DNA from: Raillietiella orientalis
Lineage: Eukaryota
DNA length: 64,000 nt
Direction of reading: 5' to 3'
Assembly (NCBI GenBank): GCA_036172245.1
Contig: JAYWIR010000013.1
Location: 124,001 to 188,000, forward strand
Shown here: positions 12,840 through 25,100 of the stretch, piece by piece
Numbering within the stretch: the first letter of the stretch is position 1
Layout of the letters: each line of letters begins with the position of its first letter
Program-made: the position numbers and the translations under genes
Notes under the pieces: generated by a model
Seen by the model: the letters and a program-made list of their open reading frames with translations, nothing else
Told to the model about the DNA's origin: nothing
Database searches by the model: none

Positions 12840-14628
12840 TTAGTGCAAGCTGCTGAAGCACTTTTTGGAAGATGAGAATTGCTGAATAAGCTTTTTCAAA
12901 TTAATGTTAGGGAAGAAAAGTACTGATTTCAAGGGAAGATTTGTCATTGGGCTAAGCAAGTGCCCATTGTCAAGCCATTTCTGAAAAGCAACATGTTCAT
13001 ATGAATAGCCATCCTCAGCAACAACAGGGTTTTCCATCACATTTCGGGTTATGGGGCAAAAAAATTCAGCAGGAACATCAGCAGGGTAAGATTTCTGCAA
13101 ATGTTCAATGGCACTCTTTAGCACTTCTATATGATTCTTCTCATTGTCTAACATAATTTTGTTTTAAGTTTCATACAATAATTGTCCTACCAAGTAAAGC
13201 AATCATATCCACAATATGTTGTGCATCCACTGTACACAGAAACTGTCCATCAATTTGCATTTCCTCAAAGGCATGCCACCAATGATCAAGACCCAAAGAC
13301 TCTAGCCAGACATGGACTAAGTCCATGGACCAAAACTGTGGAGTACTAACAGAATACTTGATGTGATTTTTAATATTTTTCATAACTGATGCAGGATGCT
13401 GAACCTGAATACCTATGTGAAGTACTTACAAAGTTCTAATGTTACCTGCCAAACAATTATTGTTCGGTCATTTGAACCTGTAGCTAACAGATTGCCATTT
13501 GCAGAAAATGTGCAACAACTAACAAACCGAGTGTGCAATTGTTGTACAGCAAGACGGTTTCTTGAATCAACTGACCACAAACACATTAGTTTATCACCTC
13601 CACCAGAAGCTAGCAATTGGCCATCTGATGAAAAACTCACACACATAACATTGGAAGAATGGCCTTGTAAATCACAAACATGGTGCATCTGTATTCTACT
13701 ATGCTGTACACACAGATTCCACAAGCGAATAAGGCAATCCACTCCTCCACTTGCAGCCAAATATCTGGTGCATTCTTCACAAGAAAAATAAATGTGTTGA
13801 GAATTCAAATGAACTAACCATGATGAGTGACCTCAGAACTAATATCACATGCTAAAACACCCAAATCATGGGCATCGTCCACAGTTGCCAAAGCATGATT
13901 TGTCCCAATGAAAGCATCCCAAACTTTGAGATCACCTTTGTATGATGAACCTGTTAAAATGTACTGCCCATCTGGGGTAAAGGCACAACATGAAATGGAT
14001 TCCTCATGACCATCCAGCACTCTTCAATGAAGGTTTATTTGTTGTCATTAGAAACTGTGTTTACCTGCAACGCTCTGTATCAGAAAGGTCCCATAAAAAC
14101 AGTGACCCATCATCTGCTCCAGATACAAGCTGGTGCAATATGGGAGAAAATTTGCATGTACGAATGGATGCATTGCTGGCATGATGGAAACTGGTGGCTT
14201 TAGAGAAATCCTGTTATCAATCAAATATGAATCAGTTTCTAAGCAGATAAACACTAGTGCCTTAAGGTTCCAAATTATAATGCTTCCATCACTAGAGCAA
14301 GTTGCCAGTTCTGAGGAAACCTGTGATAGTGAACACCCATGGACTGAATATGAATGACCCAACAATGGGCTTTTTGCATGTTGCTGGAAGGAACTGTCTT
14401 CAGTTTGGATCCATAAACGAATAGTTTTATCACTACATAATTGAGTAATAATTTCCAGCTCGTCAACTTTATTTGTGTTTACCTGGATACGGATACCAAA
14501 AGTGAGTTTTCCAGGAATGCTAAATTCGTAATATCATTTTCGTGACCCACCAGGGTTTGAAAAAATGTAATTAACTTTGACGATTTACTAGGTGAGATAC
14601 TCCTTTTAGGAGAAGATACATCTGCCAT
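12840..14628 (-). CDS. WDSUB1: WD repeat, SAM and U-box domain-containing protein 1, 7 coding exons
   Basis: Exons approx. 14628-14483, 14432-14261, 14210-14065, 14021-13819, 13774-13446, ~13404-13191, 13147-12840, separated by introns of ~41-50 nt. Repeated GH...WD/WN WD40 units (LVGHENDIT, LLGHSYSVHGC, LDGHEESISCCAFTPDG, LQGHSSNVMCVSFSSDGQLLASGGGDK), a SAM domain (WSMDLVHVWLESLGL...FEEMQIDGQFL) and a C-terminal U-box (VPAEFFCPITRNVMENPVVAEDGYSYE...SPMTNLPL...PNINLKKLI). This domain order is diagnostic of WDSUB1. Confidence 0.93.
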
Positions 14629-17600
14629 ATTACATCTATAAGTGAACAATTAATCCTGGGCCCGTAAACATCGACTTACTGTTTTCAAAACTGGCCCGAA
14701 ACTTTGGACGTTAACACGCTGATATCAACAATGGGAGGGTTTACTGATAAATTCAGGAATAACGAATAATTACATCACTGATGAAAATAATTTAATGAAC
14801 ACAGTAAATTACAAAGCCGCCGTATTCGCCTGAGATAACTGATACCGGAGTAGGAGCGAAGTGGGGTTACTTACAGCTTTCTTAACACCGTTTTTCTGGA
14901 AGACCACACACACTAAAAAAAGGTACAACCAATTCACACAGCAGCAGCAACAATGGAAATCCTACGTGGAAAGCAACAATTGAAACGACGTGACTCTCAC
15001 GCTCCCACAAATGTAAACATACCGTTTGCCAAAAGCACGCTACGGGCACACCCGCACTGCCGTCCGCCTGCAACCCCCGATCCCATCCTCCGCATCTCGC
15101 TGCATCAAACCTCTCCTGGCAATGCAGACGCATGGCGCGGGCGATTGCGTAGCAGGCGCGTCTCGAGCCCCCGGGGGAGTTCCGACTGCGTCGATGACGC
15201 GCCAATACGACCTCTGTGCACCGAGCACCAGTGCGGCTGCCCGGAGGGTAGTTGTTTCGGTACATCCTTCAAGAATCCTTTGATGTGCACTGGTGTTTGA
15301 GAAGGTCGAATTTTCCGATCATTTTTGGAACCGTCCCCGCCCCCCCTTTCCTCTCCTCCCTCCAAAAAAAGGAAAAAAAAATCAAGATATCTTCCAGAAC
15401 TAGTGGCTGCTGCTTCTCTGGTCTCTGCCACTGCCACAAATTCCAATGGCTGCCAGATCATTTACTCCCAATTTGTCTCCAATTTTCCGTAATTACTCGG
15501 TTCGATGCAAACTTGCTCGCAGATTGGGAAAATAGCTGACAAAAGTCGTTGCATGCATTCCGTAGACAGTGAATTCGAACAGAATAGATTCAGTGCTTTG
15601 CTATTCTCACTCCCTCTCTCATTCTCTCTCTTTGTTTTTTCGTAGAAGTCATTCGGTTTCTTCGATTAGCATTTTGGAATTCATTCTGGTACACCATTCA
15701 AGTGAAAAGAGATGAAATCCGTGTTCCGCTTCTCTTCCTCTATATTTTTCGTTTACCCATGCCGGATTTTTTTCGTTTTCTTTTGTGTGTGTGTGTTTTT
15801 TGGTTTTGCGCAGTTTCTGCATCGGAGAGCAGAGTCTGAGGGGGTGATTGCTAACTGTAATTTCAACGGGACGCAATGCTCTGTATCTCGGAACTTGAGG
15901 AAAAATGGAAACTTCTGTGAGATAGCGAAGAAAAATATCCGGAAAACTGCTACTCACACGCGTATAGCTGTTTACTAGGCAGCAGTAATCCGCGTGGAAT
16001 GTGAATGACAAATCCCGAGATCACAAATGGGTTTCCCAAACAAGTGAGTATGAAATAAAGTTTAGTAGCAGCTGGGGAATCACGTAGGCATGCTATGCTT
16101 TGTAGGGACATTAAAACCGGCGGTTTTTTTCTCTCAAGGAAAGCTGAAGAGGTTCAGCAAACGGGTGGTGCGGAGACCAACGAAAAAGCGGTACGAGAAG
16201 GAAAGCAGCTCACCAAATCAAAGTGAACCAAATCTCCTGGATGAGTAGTTAGTTTTACTGGATTCACGCAGGAAACTATTCCAGCTTATCAAAGCAACGG
16301 ATCGGAAATACTGTGAGAAATATCTGGAGGATAAATTAGCCACGACTTTGAGCTGCATCCACATTTCTCGTGAGAACACCTCGGAAACGAGCGCACCGAA
16401 CGACAAAGAATAAGATCAAGGTATGCGGCGAAATCATCTTGTACGGAGAGACAGTGAAAATGAATAGGAATTTGTTTTTGCAGCTCGGATCCCTCAGGCG
16501 TTTCATTTGTTTCCCCAATTCCATCATGCGATGAGAAAACCATCAACAAAATGCTCATTTGCACTGCTGATGGCCAAAGCTCGAGTCAGCGTACTGCACG
16601 AACTCGAGATTCGAGATGGATAAGAAATGTCCGTAGATATCTGCACGTTTGAAGCAGCAACATCAATAAGGACATTTTCAACGAGTCTTTATCAGAGGAG
16701 GAGAGGTTACCGAAGTGCATCAAAGTGTTCGAAGAACACCGAAGAGTATTTTATAAATGATATATATAAACTTATGCGTACATAACTGCAAACCATCATC
16801 ATTGTTTCCACTTTTTACTAGAGTGAAATGTATTAATTTCATCGATCATTAAGAAGATACATATTATAAATTCATGCAATATTTAGGGTATCCACGAATC
16901 CGAGAATTTCTCAATTTCCTCTTCCGAAATGCAATTACAACAAGCATATAAAATGCCGGGAGCCGTTTACACATGTATATTTAAATAAGAATTACTTGAA
17001 TATATGAAATTAAGAAAATATACGCACTATTCCATTAAATCAAGTTAAATTCTTGCTATACGTGAATATTAAATATTTCTAAAGGCTTTGTTCTCCAGAC
17101 TGAGAATCAAATGAGCTGATGTAATGTCGGGCAGGTCATGAATTTTTGACTGCTTCAGAAAGAGATAATGCGAATGTGAAAATGCAAAGGACCGAATCGT
17201 TTGTGCGAAATTTCCTTGAATCGGAGGTTTCATGTGGAGGGCTATGGGACAAAGTATGAAACGTCCTGACCACAGTGGTCAGGACTTTTCAATTAAAGGT
17301 TGATTACGTTGCCGTAAATGAGAATCCGCGTGCAAGCAAGAGACATCTAAGTGGTGGTTCATTCAAAGAGAAATTCCTTTCCCACTCCCAGAATATGTGT
17401 TTACTCGTTTATTGATTGAATGTTCACATGCCAGAAATCGAAAAACAAACAAACAGATAAAAGCTAGGAACCTGCGAGACGAATAGATAAACACTTGGAC
17501 TAATCAGCTATTCGACCTCTGAGAGTGAAGATTGGAAATTGGAGCATATGTAAAGAGATAGAGACTTGTAAGAACAATGATTACCACCGATAAAGATTCC

Positions 17601-17731
17601 ATTCGCCTGCTCACCATCTGTGAGAATTATCACATTGCGAAGAACCTAAAAGATCTAAGAGGGGCTGACCGGAAAATGAATACCAAAGGAAGTTCGGTAA
17701 AACAAATGAACAGAGGCGCATGACGTCTGAA

Positions 17732-18000
17732 CTAACGTTCGAGTAGGTCTTCGTGTCTTGGAAAACTTTTGGTAATCCGTTTATTCACTTGGTAAGGAAG
17801 CAGTGCGGCCTTTCTGCAATCATGCAATCTCTCCCAGATAAGAGGGCCCCAGGAACCATTATTCGATTCTTTCTTCAGCAAAGGCAAACGAGTCTGGTGG
17901 TCACACACGCAGAGGTCCATTTCGCCCTTCGGCACCGAACAGCCACATTTCGGCAAAGCATGCCTTGGATGAGAGAAACCTCGCACACGCGCACGAAGAA
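17732..18000 (-). mobile_element. Ty3/Gypsy RT N-terminal remnant
   Basis: VPKGEMDLCVCDH ... YQVNKRITKSFPRHEDLLER resembles VPK..G..RLC.DY...VN......P.P..EDLL. Confidence 0.45.
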
Positions 18001-18046
18001 GTGCACTTTACAGAGAAAAGAGCTGCGTTCCGAAAGGGTTTGGTTC

Positions 18047-18763
18047 GAAATCCCGGGCGCCGGACGGCGACATGTCGAAAGGTCATGAAAAATAAATGTA
18101 TTTGTTATTCTTAATATGATCGATAATGTGAACGTATATAGAGATTCATGTACATTATATAGATTATGAAAAAATGTATACCTGCATCACAAGCAGATTA
18201 GCAGAGCTTTATAATGTGTATCAATGTGTATCAATCTACATATAAACATGTGCATTATCAATTATATTCATATATCTGCTCATATTAATATGTACAGTTG
18301 ACATACAACATGCGTATTATTAATATAATTGATAATATGTGTCCACATATTATTAATATACATATTAACGGTTATAAAAATCATACATGTGTTTATTATA
18401 CGTATTTTTTTCCACTATTTTTAATCGTCACCATTATTTTTTCATTCAGTATTTACATATTTATTTAATATACATTTATTAAACATGTAAATGTATAATA
18501 AGCATGTATTTATTTTCATTGTTATATTTACATACTAATATTATATTAACACATATTATTAATTATGTCAGTAATCTGTATGTTAATAAATACCAATGCA
18601 TATATATGTCAAAATGAAATCAATATCAATAACGTGTAATAATCTAAATAAATATCCATGGATATTTGCGTATTACTCTATATATAAATATATATATTAA
18701 TATGTGCAAACAATATAATAAATATATATGGTTGATCTTTCGACATTTCGGCATCCGGGATTC
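18047..18763. mobile_element. AT-rich fold-back/MITE-like element with imperfect terminal inverted repeats
   Basis: Left GAAATCCCGGGCGCCGG...ATGTCGAAAGGTCA (18047-18085) versus reverse complement of right end GAATCCCGGATGCCGAAATGTCGAAAGATCA (18733-18763). The interior is extremely AT-rich with further internal inverted matches. Confidence 0.55.
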
Positions 18764-21559
18764 TGTTTGACAACGGTTTTGGGCAATCGTCTTTTCGGTT
18801 GCGAAGTAGACGTTTAGCAGAAAGACGCATCTCCAAACAAATTCCACGATTTTTGCTGTCCTCTTCCAAAAATTTCAACAGCTCACTGCCAGCGGTTCCC
18901 GTAAGGAAACGAACAGGGTGTGGTCCCTGTCTCTGTGCAGCGAGAGCCTGCCAACCCCGCTGCAGTCCCTCCACGGTCACGAAACACGACAGCGGATGAG
19001 ATCCTGGACCTCTGCACGAATCCGATTTGTGAAGCTCCTGCGAAGTTCCTGGTGTTAGAAACAGCTTTGAGTATCAGAAATGGAGTAGACTGACTGAGAA
19101 GAGACACGCCATGCTCCGGAGTGTCACAAGGCTGACCTTGGTATTCGGAATGGCAGAAATCGAATTTTAAAAGGCCCTCCAGCTTGGCAGGTCATCCAAG
19201 CTGCAGGTCCTAAGGGTGGTGCTTCGCACCTGCACAGAATTCTAGGTCTCTATCCTCTCGTGTCGGCTGATTTTCTGGAACTGAGGCAAGGAATTCCTTA
19301 CGTGACTCTCCGACAGGCACCCGGAAAGGACTTATGAAGAGGAGTAATGAGCAAATGGTATCGCCATACCGGGTGAACCCGTGACAGGGGAGGAGCAAGC
19401 TCCGAGCATACCGTCCACTTCCAAAAGGTAGTTTTAATGTACTGGACACCAGGTAGTTGGGGTACCAGAAACTAAGTTGATAAGAGCAGATTTGTTATCA
19501 AACAAGAAATGATGCATTGAAAGAATAATCAGACTGGCTCAGCCGTATCTTTTCTCTTCTTGAGTACGTGGCTCATTGTGTCCTGCATGACGGCCGTCCG
19601 TTGGTGGTCCATCCATCCCATCTCTCGTTGCGTCTTCCTTTGGGTTATCGACGTCATTTGATGGGTATCCAAAACGACGAGTCCCATACAAATGGCAGAT
19701 GTACCGAATACATGAGGCAACCATAAGCTGTCTCAATTTTTGCAGTGTAGAGTGTACATTGCAGTGTACTTTGACCTCCCTCCGGTGGTTGTTCCAGAAT
19801 CTTTTTAAAGACCACTTCCCAAAGGGTCTCTGAAACAAGTCCCTTTGCTAGTGATGGCGTTGGACAAAGTGAGCAGCTCAAGGCAGCTGTCTATAATGAA
19901 GGAATCTACTTCATCTGGCAGCCTCATGAGCCTCGGGCAACCAACGTCACGCTTTGTAGCACATCGAGCATCAGCTGGTGGTTTGCTTGTCAAGGATCCG
20001 TTTCCAGGAACCCGTTTTCCTTGTTCGTCGCAACAGGACTACCTGATACGGCTGCACTGATTACCTAGAATGGATTCCTGGAAGATAAGACTGCGGAACC
20101 TGCCGTTTCCTTTCCACCAGCCGCCTCTTATCTTCCATTAACCTAATTACTAAGTAACGTGTGGATCACAGGAGAGGCAGTTTCCGTCAGCAGAGACCGA
20201 TAAATGGGACAGAATTCTTCACTTGTTCTAGGGGTGTTCCCGAAAAGACAAACCGTTGCCTCGGTTTCAAAGGGAAAGCGCATTTTTTTTGGCGAGTCTG
20301 GTGACGTCAATGAGAGCTTAGCGAAAGAGCATACGACTAGCGTGTCTATGGCTCCATCTTTACCAACAGCCTCGCGTACTTGGCCTCGTAGTCTGCAAGG
20401 CTCCAGTTGGCAATATCCTCCTCCCGGAGGCTACGCTGCTCCTCTCGCTTCTTCCGGGAAGAATTGCTACGCAGTTTTGTCTGGAAGCTCCAGACAAAAC
20501 TGCGTAGTTTTTTGCGAAGTAGGAACACAATACCATGAATCGGAGACGAGGAGCTCTCAAAGGGAGAAGAGCAGGATGATCGAAGCAAGAATGCCTTCGA
20601 CTCTTTCACTGGAAAGCAGCATCTTGGAATAGCATCGGGAAAGAATCTCTTCTCTTTGGCTCCAGGCCCGAAGGTCAAGAGTCCAATTAGTTTGCGAGGC
20701 CACGGGTAGTGTGTCCTACGAAGGGAGAAAGCGTAAGACCGCGGGTGGACCGAATCGGGTAGTGGTTGCATTGACTGACGGGTTTGAGATGTCCACTAGG
20801 AGAAAAGGAGAGCTTAAACGCCTTATGTGGGTATGAAACCACGTGAAGAACTAATTCTTCAAAACGACAGATAGTAGTGTATATTATTCGAGAAGACGAA
20901 TATATTGGATCAATTGCTCATGATTATACGATCTTTGAAATCAGACACGAAAGATGATCCAGGAAGGATATTGTAGACATCTGGATCTCCTAGAACGATC
21001 ATGTGATGATTTGAAGATCTGGAGAGCCTATCGCTGCCACGGACGAATTCGTTTTTCCCCATCATTCTCATCCCATGGGATTTTTTCTGTTCCTTTCAAG
21101 TTTTTTTTCTTTTCTGCACACGAGCACTGGAAAGCACAAGCATCCTGATCTTCCTGTATGGAGAGGATCAAGATGGTCTTTCCTGCATGGAGAAAAATAT
21201 GAGTACCTTTCATTGCATCCAGGTGTCACCTTTTGCGCACAACATTCTCCAATGATAGCACATTTTCCTTGGTTTCCAGGGCAACATTCCTTCCGGCCTG
21301 CATCCAGTTCCTTCGAGCGGTTGTAGTGATCCCAGTAAGTACCTCTCCGGAGGACGCACTCTGTGAATTTGCCATCCAGTTCCCTTTCCCTCAAAGCCTC
21401 CGGGATGGTAGAAATCCCTCTGGAAAATCCCCTCTCGCCACTCTCTCGAAAATTTCGACGCTCTCAGAACCCTGCGAACGCACAATCAGCTGTTCATCCG
21501 GCCCGGGTTCCCGCGTCCGACTCAGGCAGGAGTTTCCCTTTGGTATGAAGTGGTGAAAA

Positions 21560-23380
21560 TCATTGGAACTTCATGTTCGGCAGTGCCTCATGCAGTGGTT
21601 TCCTATGTGAGGAGGATTCTTATTCCGTAGTCCACACCTTCGACACGGGCGATCCACAAGTGGTCTTCCTTTGGTTTATCAGGGAACAATCCGATGGCGT
21701 CCTTGCCGCTTGGGTGAAACTGGGCAAATCGGAGGTCATGGAGAAGAAGCTATGAAACGAAAGATTGCGAGGAAATTCCCTATACAACAAATGGTCCTTG
21801 GCCGAGTTAAGTACCTCCTTTACGAACTGACCCTGCTCTACTGCACGCCTGAGGTGTTTGCGTTTTTGCTAGGAGCTCCTTCTGGACACACCATCGTCCT
21901 GCTCCGGCAATTTTCTCTTGCAGGAACGGGCTGCAGTGTTAAACACGTTCGTGGCCTCCCTCTTCCGCCCCTGATTTTGGATTGCTCTTCGCCTAGAAGT
22001 ATAAAGAGGCTCACGGAGGACCTTCGCAATCTCTCTCTGGGGCACAGGAAGGATCCGAGTTCTCCTGAAGGACTTGTGCACTCGGCTTCGCGACTGGGAA
22101 CTCGGCCTCCTGAACGCTGGAGCACCTGGAGTGGCAGCTCCAGTGGAGGACTCTTGCGCTAGTAAAGAAGCTTTAGAGTACGAACTGGTGCGAGTTCGCA
22201 CGATACCTGGTCAAACGAGCCACCGGCTATGAGGACTGTCTTCGTTCCTGGCGTGGCAGCGCAGACGCAACTAGTCCAGCTGCGAACTGGGGATCCAACG
22301 AGTGACCAAGCTGACCAGGACCAACAACTGGATCTTCTGCCGGTCCGCGAACGGTAGTGCCTGGTTGCATATGGACCGAGAACAACGAAGCGAGTCTGGA
22401 CATGTGGGAGGGCAGCGACTACTGTACTCCTTCTACAACGAGTGCTCCCTTCAGGACGTCATCGTGCAGTCCACCACGTCTGCGTAGGCGCAAAGAACTC
22501 ACCTAGTCGCGGCACTGCCCTCCCTCACTGAGCACCTGGACAGTAGTCAGCAGACCAAATGGGAATTCCGATGTACATTAGGTCTTCGGATAAGGAGCTA
22601 GGTGGTTGGATCACAGGCCAGATCACTGACGCTGCGACCCACCGAAGGGACTATCGCTGGGGTGGGCTGCTGGGAATCCTACAAGTAGACCTCGAGTGGC
22701 TCTAAGGGATGAAGAAGAACCGGGCTCCTTCCCCTGAAGTGGCAGCAGTCAGGACTTCTGCTATTGCACTGGGATATCCACCTGCAATGCCCGCCGGTCT
22801 CACTGAACCCGGGAGGAGCTGTGGACCCCAACTGTTGCAGGTGTGAAAGACAGGAATCTCCAGCACCTGCTTGTAGACTGTGATGCCCTCCAGCCCCTGT
22901 GGTTGTGTTACGCAACGGCCCTTGGTGCACCGACGGACAATCCCATGCACGTGGTGAAGCTCCTTTTCGTGTGCTATGCCCTTTCGTCCGGCGCATCTCC
23001 AGCAGCTCTTTGCTGCCTACGTGGGATTGTAGCGACCTGGAGCTGCGCGAGAGGAGGACGGCGTCTGCTTCGCTCTGCGCTTCCTGCGGACGGCAGCAAG
23101 ATGGCCCCTCGGGAGGCATACTCGGATGGAACTTGCCGACATCCTGGAAAGGATGCAGGAGACGCTCTCCAGCACCCGGTGACCCTTCCTTAACCTTCCA
23201 AATTTTTTTGAATATATTTTTTTGTTTTCTTTTTATTTTTGTTTGTCCCCTCCCCCTCCCCTGCCGAGGCGGACCTCGTTGCCTTGCATATCGATTACTC
23301 GGCAGGTCCCGAGCATTTTCGGACAATGTGGGGTCAGTGGGCCTACACATGCGTGTTTATTTTTTATAATAAACGCTTCG
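21560..23380 (+). mobile_element. Decayed Tx1/L1-clade LINE, 3' half of ORF2 plus 3' UTR
   Basis: WVKLGKSEV (IN..KS), RVKYL, RQFSL-GRAAVLNTFVASLF (hallmark LSL.GR..V.N.L..S.L), GGL, CCHC finger DPNCCRCE..LQHLLVDCDALQPLW, IVATW..R, then a T-rich 3' UTR and AATAAA at ~23368. Confidence 0.62.
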
Positions 23381-23449
23381 GCGTGACCGGGTGATAAAAT
23401 GCCTTCCCGCTTACCCATTTAGAAATGTCAGTCCAAGATCCGCTCAAGA

Positions 23450-25100
23450 TCCTGCCTCAACTTGTGATGGACCATCACTTCCGCTCTAACTAGTGTAGCG
23501 GCTTCTGAGCTGCTCCCGAGAAATCACCATTGGCTGGGGTCGCATGCTAATCGGCAATTTTTTTGAGGGTTTACTCGGATAACGTATTGGTTGGGAGGAG
23601 TATTGAGGGAAACGCCTCCAGTACATCGTCTTCTACGGATTCCGGCTACAGGATCACTACACGCAGCAAGTGTTGTTTTCTACGGATTCTCTCATCTCTT
23701 GCAGAGTGAGCATCATTTAAATCTTTGGTCTTAGGGATGGAACAGAGAAACCATCGTCGCACTCGAGAGCAAGGGCGTAGGCAGGTAGCTGATTCTCCAC
23801 AAGAGGATAGAGGTGCATCTTGGGGAGACGGAATCGTAGATCGCAACTCCAGCTGGACGCTCTGGAGAGTCGTTGAACTATTCGCATCGACAAGGTCCTT
23901 CCTCCCGTGGGAACGTCTCTTGCTTCTTCGTCTCCCTCTGAACCTAAGCTGAGAATCTCTCTACCATAGGAAATGTAGCCAAAAGATTCGATGGTCCCTT
24001 CCTTACTTTTTTGAACCGTTCCTTTTCTTCGACATCCTACAAGAATTCTGCAGTGCAATGAGTCTTTTGATACCTGCATTCTGAAGTCTTAGCACATGGA
24101 TGAATCCAAGGAAAGACTGCAGACAATACCATCTTCCTATCGCTCAGATCTCTCGTTGATGAAACCTTGAAAGCAGGAAGAAATACAGAAGGAGGAAGAT
24201 TTGCTGAAATGCCGATGGTTCAGCTCGTTTCCCGAAGCCATTTGAGGTTTGCATCTCCGAAAACTGAGCACCGACCGAACCAATATCAAAGTCTGTTCGC
24301 ATGGACCACACCTCCGTGCAGACCAGAACCTCTGTGGAGTAATTGCCACTACCAGAAACATTTGAACGGACAATGGAAATGAAGATCTTTTTTTTACGCT
24401 CCCAGAAGCTGAAGGGAAACACTGGAGACAGCTGCTAGATGGTTTCTGTTCGTCTTCCACCCCCAAACCTAGCTCTTCCGACCAGCTCGAGACCTTAGAG
24501 TTTCTGAGGACCACAGCAGAGCTTCCTCCGGCTTCTTTGTCCTCGTCAGGGATAGTTTGTCATCCTTGTTCCACAACAGAAGCAAAATTCTTTGCCTTCG
24601 TGCTCGTGGATGCTGGAACGAGGGTGAAATTGCTGCCTTCGAAGGAATGAGAGTTCGCAAGAACAAGATACGGAGCTGATCGGAAGTCTTCCCATCTTTC
24701 AAGGTCCTTAAGAAACATCTGATCATGGCAGATCATGGAGTTCTCGAATGGCAGTCTGAATACAGAAGGATGCAGAAGAGAGGCTGCAAACGGTTTAATT
24801 GGTTGACAGATCATCTATCTATGATCTCTCAATGATCTTCCTCGTAAAAGAAGACGAAAAGAAACGTCTATGCAAGGGTTGACAAGACATCGCCCAATCC
24901 GGTGTCTGAACTCTTGGCTCTTCCATGGTTCCCTTCATCCATTTGGTGGGAAACGACCGAAAGGATGACATCACGCCTTCATGATGAAGAGAGCGAGGAG
25001 TGAGTCATCGGCTGACCACAAGAGGACTCACTGCCTACTGCGACCGGCGTTTTCGGCACCCGTCATGAAGAGGGGTGAAAGCGGAGCAGCTCTTAAGCTT
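23450..25100 (-). mobile_element. Decayed Ty3/Gypsy pol (RNase H to integrase)
   Basis: SSDTGLGDVLS (DAS.YGLGAVL), QPIKPFAAS (PIAFAS), EGSNFTLV (G.KFTLVTD), SSWSEEL (RWAL.L), IVQRLSRASSWSC...PKMHLYP, LNDAHS (VVDAHSKW), in canonical order with many stops and frameshifts. Confidence 0.55.

Noticed and set aside
16200..16620. Gypsy gag-like remnant (LRRFIC)
   Set aside because: Only one short motif; insufficient support.
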